Assembly: GCF_037042905.1 (NCBI RefSeq)
Contig: NC_087246.1
Span: 5,830,001-5,894,000 of the forward strand
Length of the DNA: 64,000 nucleotides
DNA from: Lytechinus pictus
Lineage: Eukaryota
Reading direction: 5' to 3'
Below, piece by piece: positions 50,866 through 63,357 of the stretch; the first letter of the stretch is position 1; the number at the start of each line of letters is the position of its first letter. Made by a program: the position numbers and the translations under genes. Below the pieces are notes generated by a model, which did no database searches, was not told where the DNA came from, and saw only the letters and a program-made list of their open reading frames with translations.

Positions 50866-53368
50866 AATACCAATGTTTCCTGATCAGGAAAATCTGGAAT
50901 TTTCCTCAGAAAAAATATCTAGTATGTTGGTCCTGTAGAAATAGCCGTTTCTTTTTATGGACCAGGATTTGGTGCAGGTTTGTTCGTAACTAAAAACTGC
51001 CACCGACATTCTTCAATAAAAAGTTAAACAAAAACAACGCAAGACCACCGTTTGTAGTCTTCCACATCAGATGTATGGCTGACATTTCACGCAACAGCAT
51101 CAGACTCGCAATTTCAAGTAGCTTGAGCTGTAAACTCATTTCTTCATCCCTTAGCTTCAGCACAAGAAAAGTGATCATATGAAGAAAAAAAAAACAGCAT
51201 TCACGGTCGCATTTTGAATCATACTAGTTGGGTTATTTATAATGGAAATGAAGACTCTCTGCACTTTTTTACCTATCTTACTATGTGCCTACCTACATGT
51301 ACATGTACATCCTTGCCTGTCAACTGAATGTTTGGGGGATATACTTCAAGATGGAAATAAATGGGTGTAAAGGGGAAGAGAGGAAATTGGTCAAGGGTTA
51401 CTTCATTACTGTGAAGAGATGAGGACAAGAGGGTCAGATCAGAGAATATATTCAAAAGCATGATTGGGAGGATATGTACACTCCACTTTATAGGGAAAGG
51501 TGGATAAATAGGTCAGGACCCGGGGATGTTGGAAAAAAGACCACCTCATGAAAGAGGGTCCATATATTGCTGTATCGTCACTCAAGATGTGCATAGGGGA
51601 GATTCTGACATGCTCTTACATGTATGTTTTCACCTTTTGAGAGAATGATGGAAGGAGAGAATGAATGATTGAATAGAAAGAAAATCAAAAGAACAGCTAA
51701 TATGCAGTGAAAAAATAAAAGTTCATGAAAATAAGAAGCAAGCTTGTAAATCGGAAATAAGGGACTCAGCATGTACGTGTTTGCATGGAAAGTGTGTTGA
51801 ACAGAGCATAGGGATTTATTGGGAACGGATTTTGAAGCTCTGAATGGAAGGGGGGGGGGGTAGGAGGTCGCTGCGTTGTAAGGGAGAACATGATATCATC
51901 ATTCACACCTGTGTCTTGAGGGGGCGATGAGTAAAGGGGCTTTAAGTCTATGAATACTGGATGAGATGGAGAAGGGTGGAAAGAGTGAGAGAATGGGATG
52001 GGGTGGAGGAAAGGAAGGGAAGGGGGTGGTATTTAAAGGTAATTGCACATTAATACTGTAATTTTTAGAACTTTAAATGAATTACTTCATGGATCCATGG
52101 ATAAACTGACCCTTTTCATTTCTATCCTTTATTCGTTATCAAATTTAGGAGATTCATGGTCCATTAATACTGGCACAGTTTGTAGGCCTCATATTGGGAA
52201 AAGTAATTGTTCTCTTTTGCCTTTCATTGACATGCCAAAGTGGCTTTCCTATTTCTTGAAGTGCAGACACAGATAAAATCTTTGTTGAATGACACCAGAA
52301 TGTCAAAGAAATTGCTTTGTCACTACTGTACCTCTTACTTTTGAAGTTGAATCAATAAGATATGAAAAGGGACTATTGGGAAAGAGGGAGGGGAAGGGTA
52401 AAAAAATGAGCAGAAAATAACATCATTTACGTCAGATCCTAACATCCTAACATTACGTAGCAAACACACTTATGCACAAAGCACAGTGAGAACACATATT
52501 TTATTGCTTGCTCTTCACAAACAAACACCCAGTAAATGTTACATTGGGAGCAAATTTATGAGTGATATGATAGTTTATATTTCCATTTTGCCCACACTGG
52601 GGAGCAAACATTTGTGACAGAATATTTCATTTCTTTACCCTTTTCGGGTGAAGCAGCATGATGTTGACTCTGGCTTATGAATGTAAACAATGTGAAGTGG
52701 AAGGGAAATAGCTAGCTGACATGCTACCAGTAGGTTTAGTCTTGTGCATGCAGGCTTTGCAGAGAGATGTATTGTTATATGCTTTTCAGACTACAAAAAA
52801 TTCCTTGAAGGTAAATGCTCGTTTTGGTAACGATATCAAAATGAGTTCGTACAGAATCCAATGAAATGACCACCAAAGTGTCTGTTTGTATAAATAAAAC
52901 GTATGTGCCAAAGGATTCTGGAAGAAATTGTGTAATTGCTGAGAAATCAGCAAATAAGCACAGGATTCGGGTAGAGCGTCGGGCACAACATTCAAAGCAA
53001 TAATCATACACTGTCCCACGTGCGCTTATCTGTGTTGGGGATCCTCAGTCTGAACATTTTTCAGCGTAGATTTCAAGATTTCACGAAGTTTAGTTTATGT
53101 AACTGTAACAGGTCTAGATCCTTGATGATATACTGACAATTAAGCCTTGTTTTACAGACTTTCTCATGAAATCAGTGTTTACTGCAACTACTGGAATTTC
53201 TCTTTAACCCTTGGAAATCGATTGAGTTAAGGGGGGGGGGGAGTCTTTGCACCACTAATTTCCCAGAGTTATGCTTAGCCCACTTCATTTTCAGACTAAA
53301 TTTTATCAGAGTGGGCTAGCACAGTAAATAGTACATGTATGGATATTTCATGTTCTGTGTGGCAAAAT

Positions 53369-53917
53369 CCGGGGGGGGGGGGGGGGCACTCAGTATATAA
53401 TGCATAGTGGGTATGTGCCGCGGAGGGGACCCCCATTTTTACACTCAAATTTCCGTTCCTAGGCATAGCATTTTTGTCTTATTGAGAAAAAGAACAAAGA
53501 AAGCCGCTCCAAAGCATAGCATTTTCTTCTTATCCAGAAAAAAGAAGAACGAAATCCGCTCCGAAGCTTCGCATATTTTCCGTTATGCCGTTCCGGCCGT
53601 ATTGATCTGCTACAATGAGCCGCAATTTTGGTGAAAAGCGGTCGAAGACCGCTGTCTGACCATCGCGTCTGCGCTAGCAGACCCGGCGCCCGTACCGCCG
53701 GGCTAGCTACATGCACGTTCCATAGGGATGCATGCGCACTCACACACAGGCGACCCGTTCCAAGGACCCCCGTTTTCACAAACATTTGTAGTTCCGAAGC
53801 CCGTTCCGAGGACCCTCCTTTTTACAATAAGCCTGTTTGCAAGGCCCCCGTTTTTTGTCTCGCCCGCGGCACACACCTACTACTTTTTTGGTCGAGTGCC
53901 CCCCCCCCCCCCTCTGG
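53369..53917. mobile_element. GC-rich poly-G/poly-C MITE, copy B
   Basis: Highly similar to 14666-15241, same orientation; TSD GGCAAAAT on both sides. Confidence 0.9.
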
Positions 53918-54930
53918 GGCAAAATGTAGATGTTATGGGATTCAGGCATTAAACCTGGCAAAGCAAATGGTGTAGGTTTTAAGAGAGACAGTCTGAAACC
54001 AACTAAAAAGATAGTATGGGGTTCAGGATAGTACTACAGTGTTGAGAAACTGTGGTCTTTGTGTTTTGAAGTTTTGTTAACATACCGTGCTTGTTTAAAG
54101 AAGCTTGGTTGTAGACTACATGTAAGATGCACTGTTTGAGAGCTGCAATAATTCATGACATTTTATTGTGAAATGAATTGAACTCTGACTACATACATCT
54201 AGGCTTTACATGTATGATGATCCATGCATGATCCATGTCAGTAATATTAGTACATTTATGTGTATATTATTGGACTTGGATAATTCATTTTCCTTCAGTT
54301 TATTTGAATTGGATGGGAGGGCAAACTCAGTTTGTACATTGTATGTGCCAGGGAGTTTTTTTTTGTTGGGGGGGGGGGGTTAAATCAAGCCTATGTCATT
54401 GTACTTTCAAAATGCTAATATCTCATACGTATTACATATAGTTAAAAAAAAGATGCTTCACTTTGTTGCCAATTTTGTTTTGATTACTTAATCACAACTT
54501 TGAATAAAAAGAGATAAATCAAACAAGAATAAGGCTGACAATTTCATCAAAATTGGATGCACAATATGAAATTTTAAATTTTTTCTTATTTTTCACCAGA
54601 CAGTTCTACATGTAGGCCTACATGTAGGCCTATTGTATAGGCTAATATACAGCACAGTGATAATGAAATGATCGAGTTGATGGCTGTCACTCACTTTTTC
54701 TTTTTGTATTTTATTGTAGGAATTATAGGCCTACTATATTTCAATTTTGCAGATTTTACAATAAGAAGACATGAAATCACCAAAGGTTATGGCTATTTCT
54801 TGTGTTTAGGGAAAAATCAAATTTTTTTCACTTTATAATGAGAGGGAAAATTGAAATATATCATGTTTCATGTATGAATTCATATACAAAAAAAAAAAAA
54901 AGTGGGTGGATGATTTCTTTGGTACCCTTA

Positions 54931-55321
54931 TACCCCTTTCATAAACCCAATAAAACACAATTATGCGGCTAATAGCAGCATAATTTGGTCGTAAAATCAG
55001 AGGAGGACAAGAGTTATCCGCATTATTCTGATGCTGCTATTATCCGCATAATAGCGGCATCGGGACAAGATTTTGAGTTTATGAACGTATTTCCAAATAA
55101 TGCGGATAATTGCCATGGTGCGGTCACAAGGTCACTCTTTTCCAACACAACCGCATTGGAGGGGGCGTGTCCAGTTGTCATGACGATTATCCGCCTTTTT
55201 CAGGACGGGCGCTCGTAAAAATAATTTATGGAGTTTGTGAACGCAATTTTTATTGAATTATCCGCATTACTCTTAGGCGGCTAATTGGAGGATATGTTTT
55301 ATTGGGTTTATGAAAGGGGTA
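54931..55321. mobile_element. MITE with perfect 22-bp TIRs and TTA flanks (PIF/Harbinger-like), nested in a Kolobok-like remnant
   Basis: TTA|TACCCCTTTCATAAACCCAATA ... TATTGGGTTTATGAAAGGGGTA|TTA. Confidence 0.85.
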
Positions 55322-55637
55322 TTATTCGCATACAGACCAGTAAGTGCTTATAATTCATTTGTTAGTTTGGACTGTTTGAAGCTAGATTTCTTTGTTTTCA
55401 TATACCGGTAATCAACTTTTTGTTGGGGTGGACTTCCCATTTTACAAACAAAAATCAGAAGACCATTTCTTGACACCTTTCTTTACATTTTTTCTTCATA
55501 AATTGTCAATTTTCCTCCTGTCATTGTCGGTTAAGGTGTTATCATATCAAATTTAAAAGGCACATGCATCTATCCTGAATGTTTTGTTGGGGACTAATTT
55601 GAAGTTGATGCATTAGGAGTAGACTTGAACTGTCAAT

Positions 55638-56049
55638 AGGTGGTTTCAGACCGCCTCGAAGTTTGTCAGTTCCAGGTATTTTCTGATCGGGAAATTTACC
55701 CCGATCAGAAAATACCAGGTAATATTGGCAATGTGAAAGCAAATTACATGTAATCTCCAGAAAGAAAATACCCACTAAATAGTAGGTACTTGTCAAAATT
55801 ACGAGAACTTTTGCGGGGATTTTTCCAAGGTCGCAGGTATTTTGGCAATGTGAAAGCAATTTACAGGAACTTTTAGCCTTGCCTGCTTATCAGACCATAC
55901 TGCGCATGCTCGTAACTTCAGGAACTTATCCCGAAGGGTATGTTTCGGGGCAGTGTGAATGCAGGAATAATTAATGGGTATTTTTTAGTCTTAAAAAGTT
56001 CTGGTAATTTAACAGGGATTCTTATGATCGAGGCGGTTTGAAACCACCT
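55638..56049. mobile_element. MITE, copy B of the 12442-12896 family (inverted, with an internal deletion)
   Basis: Same TIRs and internal sequence (e.g. CCCGAAGGGTATGTTTCGGGGCAGTGTGAATGCAGG); decayed relatives near 57680-57920, 50870-50900 and 3280-3303. Confidence 0.85.
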
Positions 56050-58252
56050 TTTCACACTTTCCACCATACTCGAAATCTGGCTATCAATGATGACCATGCA
56101 GGAAGGATACTTGACCCCATGACATCTACTTTACTGCTGATGACATTTGACATGTATCCTCCTGGAGGAAAGATTGCAATTGTGTAAAAACTCAGCAGTG
56201 CAATGGCCAGCACTTTGTGCAAGCAGATTTGCGTTTTGGTTTCGGTGATTGTGCTCTATTCAAATTGACTTTAATTTTGAAAATTTAGACCTACATGTTT
56301 ATAGTACAACCATAAAACTAATTTGTATTTTCAAAATTAGTTTAGTCACAGAAATGTGGTAAACATGTTGTACATGTAGGCCCCTATTGATAAGTTGGAT
56401 GAGGTTCATATGTATTTGTCATTGTATACTTCATATTCTCCCAATAATAAAGGAATACTCTTCCCTTGAAGGCATTTATTGATTTAGTAGCATTATCCAA
56501 ACATACATAGATTGTCAAGGCACTTTTTAATCAACAGTGGCCTAGAATCTCAACAATTTATTATCTCTTTTATGTGTTTGGTTTTAAAGTTGTTTTTTCT
56601 TCTTTCTTTTATCATAAGTCTTTTTATGCATATCAAAACATTTGATAAGTGGCAAAAAGCGAAGAAATTTTCACCCTCATAAATTTTCTAAATGCTTTTT
56701 ATACTACCAAAGCATTTTACTGTTGAAACAGTGCAGCTTCCAATGTGATTATTCAACCATTGCCTGATTTATTAATTGCCATGTCGATTGTTCACCATCC
56801 CCCTCTTATTATACAAATACTATCCCTCCTTGGTCTGCTTCAAGATAATGGAGGAGAAACTAAAACTATAAAAACCTACATTGTATCTTGTTAATTGTGT
56901 TGTTGTTGTTAGAACTCATTAGTTATAATGTAGGTGATTATCATTCAAACTTGCTTAATCGATGTCACATTGAGATTGAGAGAAAGCAAAGTGATCTTTG
57001 GCTAGTTATAAAACTTATAACCAAATAAATGGTTACAAATTACTTTGGAATTGTGATTATAACTTGCACATAGTCTTGTGGTGTCATAAAATCAAATTTG
57101 TGTTATGAAAACATTTATAGATCACAAATCTGAGATGTACATGTATAAGAACTTAGAGGTCTATTAAGGTTTTGATCTTTGCAAAATGACACAAATACCA
57201 ATTCATTGGTAGCAGAAAATGGAAATATCAATGTTATTTAACAGGGCTTGACATAAGAGCTGATATTCTTCTATGGACAGTGTGAATCCCACTCTCCTCT
57301 GTAGTTTGAATACTACAAAGGGTATTCATTCTGGGTTTGCTTTTAGAGAAGTGAAGTGTTTACACCAGATATAACAATTTATCACTTGAGAAGTTGCGTG
57401 TATCAATCCTAATTGCCCTTGTGTAAACACTCTTGAACTTGGAGGCCAGTCATTAAGAGTGTGTAGATATGTAGGTTTTGTACCACAGGGAATGGGGGAT
57501 TGAGAGATAGTTTGGTCTTGTTCTTCCAACCATGTTTGAAATGTGTATAATGATTCTTCCTTTTATGTGATACTGGTAATTTTATTGATACATTTTTTGT
57601 CAGTTTCAAAACAAGTAGGTGTACTAGTAAGTGCAGTATTGGTATTTTGTATCAGTAGGTATATTAAGAATAACTACCATAATACCTGTTAAATTACAAG
57701 AACTTGTTCTGGCTCAAAAATACCAGATAAACTGCGTTCACAGTTTTTCACAATGACCCGAAGCAGAACATTCCGGGAAGTATCTACTATTTTAGTGTGT
57801 TTTTCTTTCGGGAATATCACGAGTAATTAGTTTTACACTGCCAATATACTTGGTATTTTCTGATCAGGGTTAATATCCCAATCAGAGAATACCCGAAACT
57901 TCGAGTCGATATGAATACATCTAATGTTTTAGGAAAATGAATGTGGTAAATGTCCTAGGCCCAGAAGTACTGTCACCACAGATGTTACTCCTGGAGGAAA
58001 TTTTTTAAATTAATTGAATTTGATCCTTCTAGGAACATTCATTTTGTTTAAATTGTGTGCTTAATATTGGCCTGCATTAATGTATTTCTTTTGCCCATGA
58101 CCACCAACATTTGAAACAGATAATTTCCCAATCTAGATTATACATGTTCAGTAGGCTATAAGTACATGTATAGGTGCTTCTAGGGGCAAACAATCATGTT
58201 ACATGTATGTGCACCTCATTAAAAATCTTCTCTTTTCTTCTTTGACCTGCAG

Positions 58253-59135
58253 GTGAGGCAGTTTCTAGATTCACTAGGCATCGTCATCGGAGGGAAGCCA
58301 CCATAGAGGATGTCCAATGGGATGCCATCAACTACACATTCTACGCAAATCAAGATGTATTTTTATTAAAAGACAACAGAATTGCCAATATACAGAGTCA
58401 GTCTATCAACAACCACACCTATTGGGACAGTTTGTTTGCAGAACAGGTCATAGGGACACCTAATGCCCAAAGAACATTGTTCAAGGCTGGTAGCGGTCCA
58501 TTTTGGGTCCAGAAAGAACTCTTCCCAACCTTACCGGAGCCATTCAATGAGTTGAATATTCAGGCACATCTTCTACAGGAAGAAATTCCCCCATTTGCAG
58601 GTAGCATTAGTGTCTTATTTAGCTCAAGAAATGACAATTTATTTAGCAGTGGGAGTAGGACAAATATAGGGAACTCAAGAACTGTTCAACCTTGCTTTCG
58701 AGCTGCTGCACTCTTTGGTGATGAAGAATCCTCAAGTTCTTGCACTCTACAGGAAGAATCAGAACATTGTGTCGCAAAGGTGCCAATCCCCATATCATGG
58801 TACAAACTCAGCCGGGCTGGTTCCATCAACAACATTGCAGTATCCTACACAATATTCCCAGCTACGAGCATGGGATCTTGCGAACTTCACTATGACAACT
58901 CCATCTCCTCAAGAGAACAAACTGCAAAGGCAGCCAAGCCGGCCTCTCTAGGTGATTCAAGGCAGATTGGCATAGTGACCATTTTGGCATGGGATGGTCA
59001 GATGGATTTCATAGAAGAGGATGAATATGTAGGTCTCCGTGTCCCAAGCAGAAGACTTGGAATCGGTGAGCACTTCGTCATCCCAATCACCATCAACAAG
59101 AACATCATGTACACTGCTGGAGTATGTACCATCAA
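58253..59135 (+). CDS. TMEM132: TMEM132-family gene, large coding exon 2 (N-terminal extracellular region)
   Basis: Polypyrimidine plus CTGCAG acceptor, 883-bp open exon, AA|GTAAG donor. Motifs A..GPF.V.K, AH.L....VLF and PCFRAAALF...SCTLQ....CVAKVPIPISWY resemble vertebrate TMEM132 as I recall it (PCLRVFAF...SCRLQG..GLCVAELEL..SWF). Confidence 0.85.
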
Positions 59136-59299
59136 GTAAGTTCTGCTTTTAATAGTGATGTTTTTTCTTTTAGCAGGTCAACTGAACCTTTTATTTTTAC
59201 TTTTTTTTTCATTGAATTTCCAAAAAATATATGTATTAAGCAAAGAAATAGTTATTAAGCAAAGAAAGAAATAAATAAATAATAACATCTGAATTTATT

Positions 59300-59556
59300 T
59301 ATTTATGCTTGAGGATACAAAGCGCTAAGCGCTGCTATGATTACCCTGGCTTTAACTGCGCTGCCCATATACATGTAGGCGCTCAAGCATTCTAGCAATT
59401 TCTTCCTACTGGGTACCCATTCACCCCACCTGGGTTGAGTAGGGCACAATGTGGGATAATTTCTTTCTGAAGGAAAACACGCCATGGTTGGGAATTGAAC
59501 CCACTTAACTAAGATTAATAGACGAGAGTAATAACCTCTGGACAACTACGCCCCCA
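59300..59556 (-). mobile_element. Degenerate SINE of the same or a related family
   Basis: GGTACCCATTCACCCCACCTGGGTTGAGT..CACAATGTGG..GAAGGAAAACACGCCATGG aligns with the 50569-50865 body. Confidence 0.75.
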
Positions 59557-59586
59557 CAAGTATACTGTAGGTACTGTTATGACACC

Positions 59587-61531
59587 CAGGGTGCGACATA
59601 AGCGCTTGCCCGATTGCCCGGGGCAAGTAAAAGTTAGAGTCGGGCAAGTGTTTTGAAGTAAAGACAAAAACTACTTGCCCGAATTGGGCAAGCAAAATTC
59701 TCAAGTGTGAAATGACATTTTACAAAGTTTCCCCATACTTCACACTAAAAAATACAGAAGAGAAAGAGAGAAAAACAAAGTTAACAACTTCCCTCAATTC
59801 AAATTGCAAGCCAGTTTGCGACATTTTTTGGGATCTACACACAAAAACACACACACAGTCAGCATACATGTGGCTGGATGGTGCGCCCAGCCTGTGTGGC
59901 AGGCATGCATGGATCTCCATGCTGCTGTGCACTGTGCACACTGGTACTATCCCCGATCAAACTTCGAATCAAAGTGAACAAGCTCACATGAAAAATAGTT
60001 TTTCCAACAAAATAATCACAAAATCGGCAGGAAATTGTTATACTTATTTGGATTCTCAGATTAATGATTTGGTGATGTGATCAGAGGAGCAAGTTATTGA
60101 GTTTTCATAACTAGTTTCAGCCGTTGTTTTGAGTGTTGTGATCGGTGTAGTGGGAAGAAAGATGCGTGCAAGTCCACGATGCTGCCGCGATGATTCATTT
60201 GATTTTTAAGTTTGTCAATGTTTCTCTGTGAAATTTTATTTATTTCTAAAACGTTAATTTTTCCAACAATTTTTAGAATATATTTTAAACAAATAGCAAG
60301 ATTTTTGTTAAATGATTGCATTTTTTGTTTTGTTTCAAATTTGAGCTTTCTTCCTCTTTCTTTCTTTGTCTTCCTTCCTTCCTTCCTTCCTTAATCCTTA
60401 CTTAATTGCTACCTTCCTTTCTTTCTTTCTTTTCTATCCTTTCTTCTATCTTTCCCGCTTGCTTTTTTTTCCATCTATCTTTTCAAATTTTCCTAGCTTT
60501 CTTTCCTGATCTTTTTTTTTCTCTCTCTCTCTGTTCATTTTCTTTGTTTTCTTACATCGTGTACTCTCCTTCTTTAAATTTCTTCATTTTTTCTTCCTCT
60601 AATTTTTCTTTGCTTCCTTCTCCCTTCCTCTCCTTTTTCTTCTTTCTTTCTTTCTTTTCCTTCTTCCATTATTTTCTTTTTTTCATTCTCTCTTCACTTC
60701 ATTCTTTCCTTCCACTAAAGTTTCATCCTTTCTTTCATTCTTTATTTTTTTCTTTCCTTCTCTTTTTCCTTATTCTTTCTTTCCTTTTTTGCTATTTCCT
60801 TCCTGTTTTTCCCCTTTCTTTCGTTGTTTTCTTTTCTTTCTTTCTTTAAAAAAATGCAGGAAATCTTTTTTCTTCATTCTTTCTTCCCTTTTACTTTCTT
60901 TTCCCCCCTTTTTTTTATTTCTTTCCATTCTTTCTTTCACTCATTAATTCATTTTCCCTTCCTTTCATGTTCTTTCTTTCCCTTTTTCTTTATTAATTTA
61001 AAAGAATGAAGGAAAGCTTTTTTCTTTCCTTTATTCTTTCTTTCTTCTCCATTCGTCTCTTTTCTTTCCTTTTTTCTTTCTCTCCTTCATCATTTCCTTC
61101 ACCCATTCATTCACCTTCCCTCTTTCTTTCTTTCTTTTTCCTTCATTCCTTCCTTCCTTTCCTTCTTTCTTCTTTAGTTATTTTCAGTGATTCCTTTTTT
61201 ATTTTGTGTCACGGTCATATACAAAAGCACATGAAAATATATGAGAGAGAAAATTAATCAAATGGTGTATTGACACCAATTTCGGTCATAGGAGGTAAAA
61301 TAACTTTGAAAAAAAAATATTGCAACTAAGGTACAATAATTCACGTTAAAAAGAGAGGAAAGGGGCAATGGTATATAAAATCGTAGTACTTTTTTTTGAA
61401 GCGGTAAAACATTATTTTGAAGGATTTTTTTCGGGCAAGTGAAATGTATTTTCGGGCAAGTATTTTCCAACTATTTAGAAATTCACTTGCCCGACTGGGC
61501 AAGTGCTTCTAAAAAGTTATGTAGCACCCTG
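59587..61531. mobile_element. 1.9-kb non-autonomous TIR element with 8-bp TSD (hAT- or P-like) in TMEM132 intron 2
   Basis: TIR CAGGGTGC(G/T)ACATAA; perfect TSD ATGACACC; multiple CTTGCCCG/GGGCAAG subterminal motifs at both ends. Confidence 0.9.
60345..61200. repeat. ~850-bp CT-rich low-complexity tract inside the 59587-61531 element
   Basis: Almost entirely T/C on the + strand (TTTC/TTCC-like). Confidence 0.9.
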
Positions 61532-63357
61532 ATGACACCACCTCTTGTTCAAATCCCATTAAGGAATATTTGGAGGAAATATCGACAGTACATGTATCAG
61601 CAGAGAACTACTGTCATAAAGGCAGAGTAACATTCTCCAGGATTCCAGCTACTGTTTCAATTTTTATTGCAAACTTTTCATTGAATCGTGAATTGCCTGA
61701 GCTTAACATACAAAATAGACATCCATACATCTACATCAATATATCCAAGTATACAGTACCACCATAAGAATTCTGCTGGGACAGTGTATGGAGACCCTTG
61801 GTTATTTTTTTTATTTTCAGGTTGAAAAAGGTAATTAGGAGAAAAAATACATGGGAACTAGGATTGGGGCGATTTGGCCCCCAAAATGCTTTAAAAAAGC
61901 CCTGGAAACTTGAATAATGATCCCTGGAACATCCCCATTCATTGAAATGTAAAACTTATCCAGTGTTGCAGATTTAGCCAGTAATTCGTGAAAAGTAGCC
62001 CCCCAAAATAAAAAAATTATAAAAATTTTCCTGAAGGTAATCCATTCCTGTAACATTTGGAATTTTATCACTTTTATTTGATTTTAAAACATACAAGTTT
62101 GAAAAGGTTATAACAAAAATTGAAATACATGTACTTCCTTGTGTACATGTTCATGATGCAGTGTAGTGTGTTTGGAAACATTTAAAAATGGTACATACTG
62201 CCAAAAAAAATGCTTCTTTAGATAGTGTAAACGCCCTTTCCTCCCTAAAAAAAGTACATGTATGTTGCAGGTTGTATTGCCAGTACAGTAAAGGTATTGT
62301 TACACATCCTTACTGATAATACAACAAAAAGAAAAATAGTAAAATGTTACTGTACATTGATGCTTGCTAGCACTTTATTGCAACTGTAGACTGACATTGT
62401 TTTTGTTGACATTCTTGTGTTACCCAGTTAATCAAGGAATGACCGTAGTGTTGAATTTTTGAAGACCTTTGATCCTAGTAACACTCTATTTGGCTTGAGA
62501 CAATGCATCGTAAAACCTATGCTTTTGTTTATAGTATTCTGTATGCTCAAAGATTCAACAATGGGATAACGACCTACATGAAAATCGCTTGTCTTGAGCC
62601 TTTGGTAATGTAAAAAGACACACATCGATTGGACATTTTTTTGTGTTTGCTGCATTTATTGCAGCAAGTAAGCCTTCCTATAGTATCATGCAGCAAAAAC
62701 AAAGAAGAATAAAAACATGGAAGAAAGTGGCTTCGTACAAGATTTAGCAATTTTTCATTGACATGCTATTATACATTTATTGATTTGATTTATTATTTTT
62801 TTCATGGATGGCAAATTTTAGTTTATGTTGTATACATGTACAATCATATCTTTTTTGCAATTCCAGTACATGGAGGCATACATGCTTTGGTGTATGGCCT
62901 TCCCTGTGAGGAGTTGATATTGATGCACAGACTACAGTAGTATGCATTCTTGAATGCCATATCTTTGTGCTATTACCCTGCATAGCAGTATTATTGCCTA
63001 ATTAGCTATGCTTTGACTAGAAGGCCCACCTATAATGGAATAAACATGAAAAGATCCCTCTGTGAACCCAATCACAATTGGCTTGGTTCAGGCCGACCTA
63101 AATCTGGCGGTATCGTCTCATTTTGAGATCAGACAGCTTGCCGAATTCAGACTTGAAAGTCTGCCGCGGCGCACACACAAAATTGAATCATGCACGTGAG
63201 ACAATCAGCTTCTATGCTAGTCTTACATTCAGGCTTTAAGTTCAAACTATAGTTTTGTCTAACAGTGAATCAATGAGGGCCAAAATATACATGTATGTCA
63301 TACTGTGGAATCAAGGTCGTAAAGTAAATTCAAGAAATTATAAAAGAGATTGGACTC

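Noticed and set aside
58432..59139. Standalone 235-aa gene as given by the ORF track
   Set aside because: The listed start is a TTG. The frame is open back to the acceptor at 58253 and the stop lies in the GTAAG donor, so this is an internal exon.
60406..61257. Phe/Ser/Leu-rich membrane-protein-like ORFs
   Set aside because: Artefacts of a CT-rich low-complexity tract inside a transposon.
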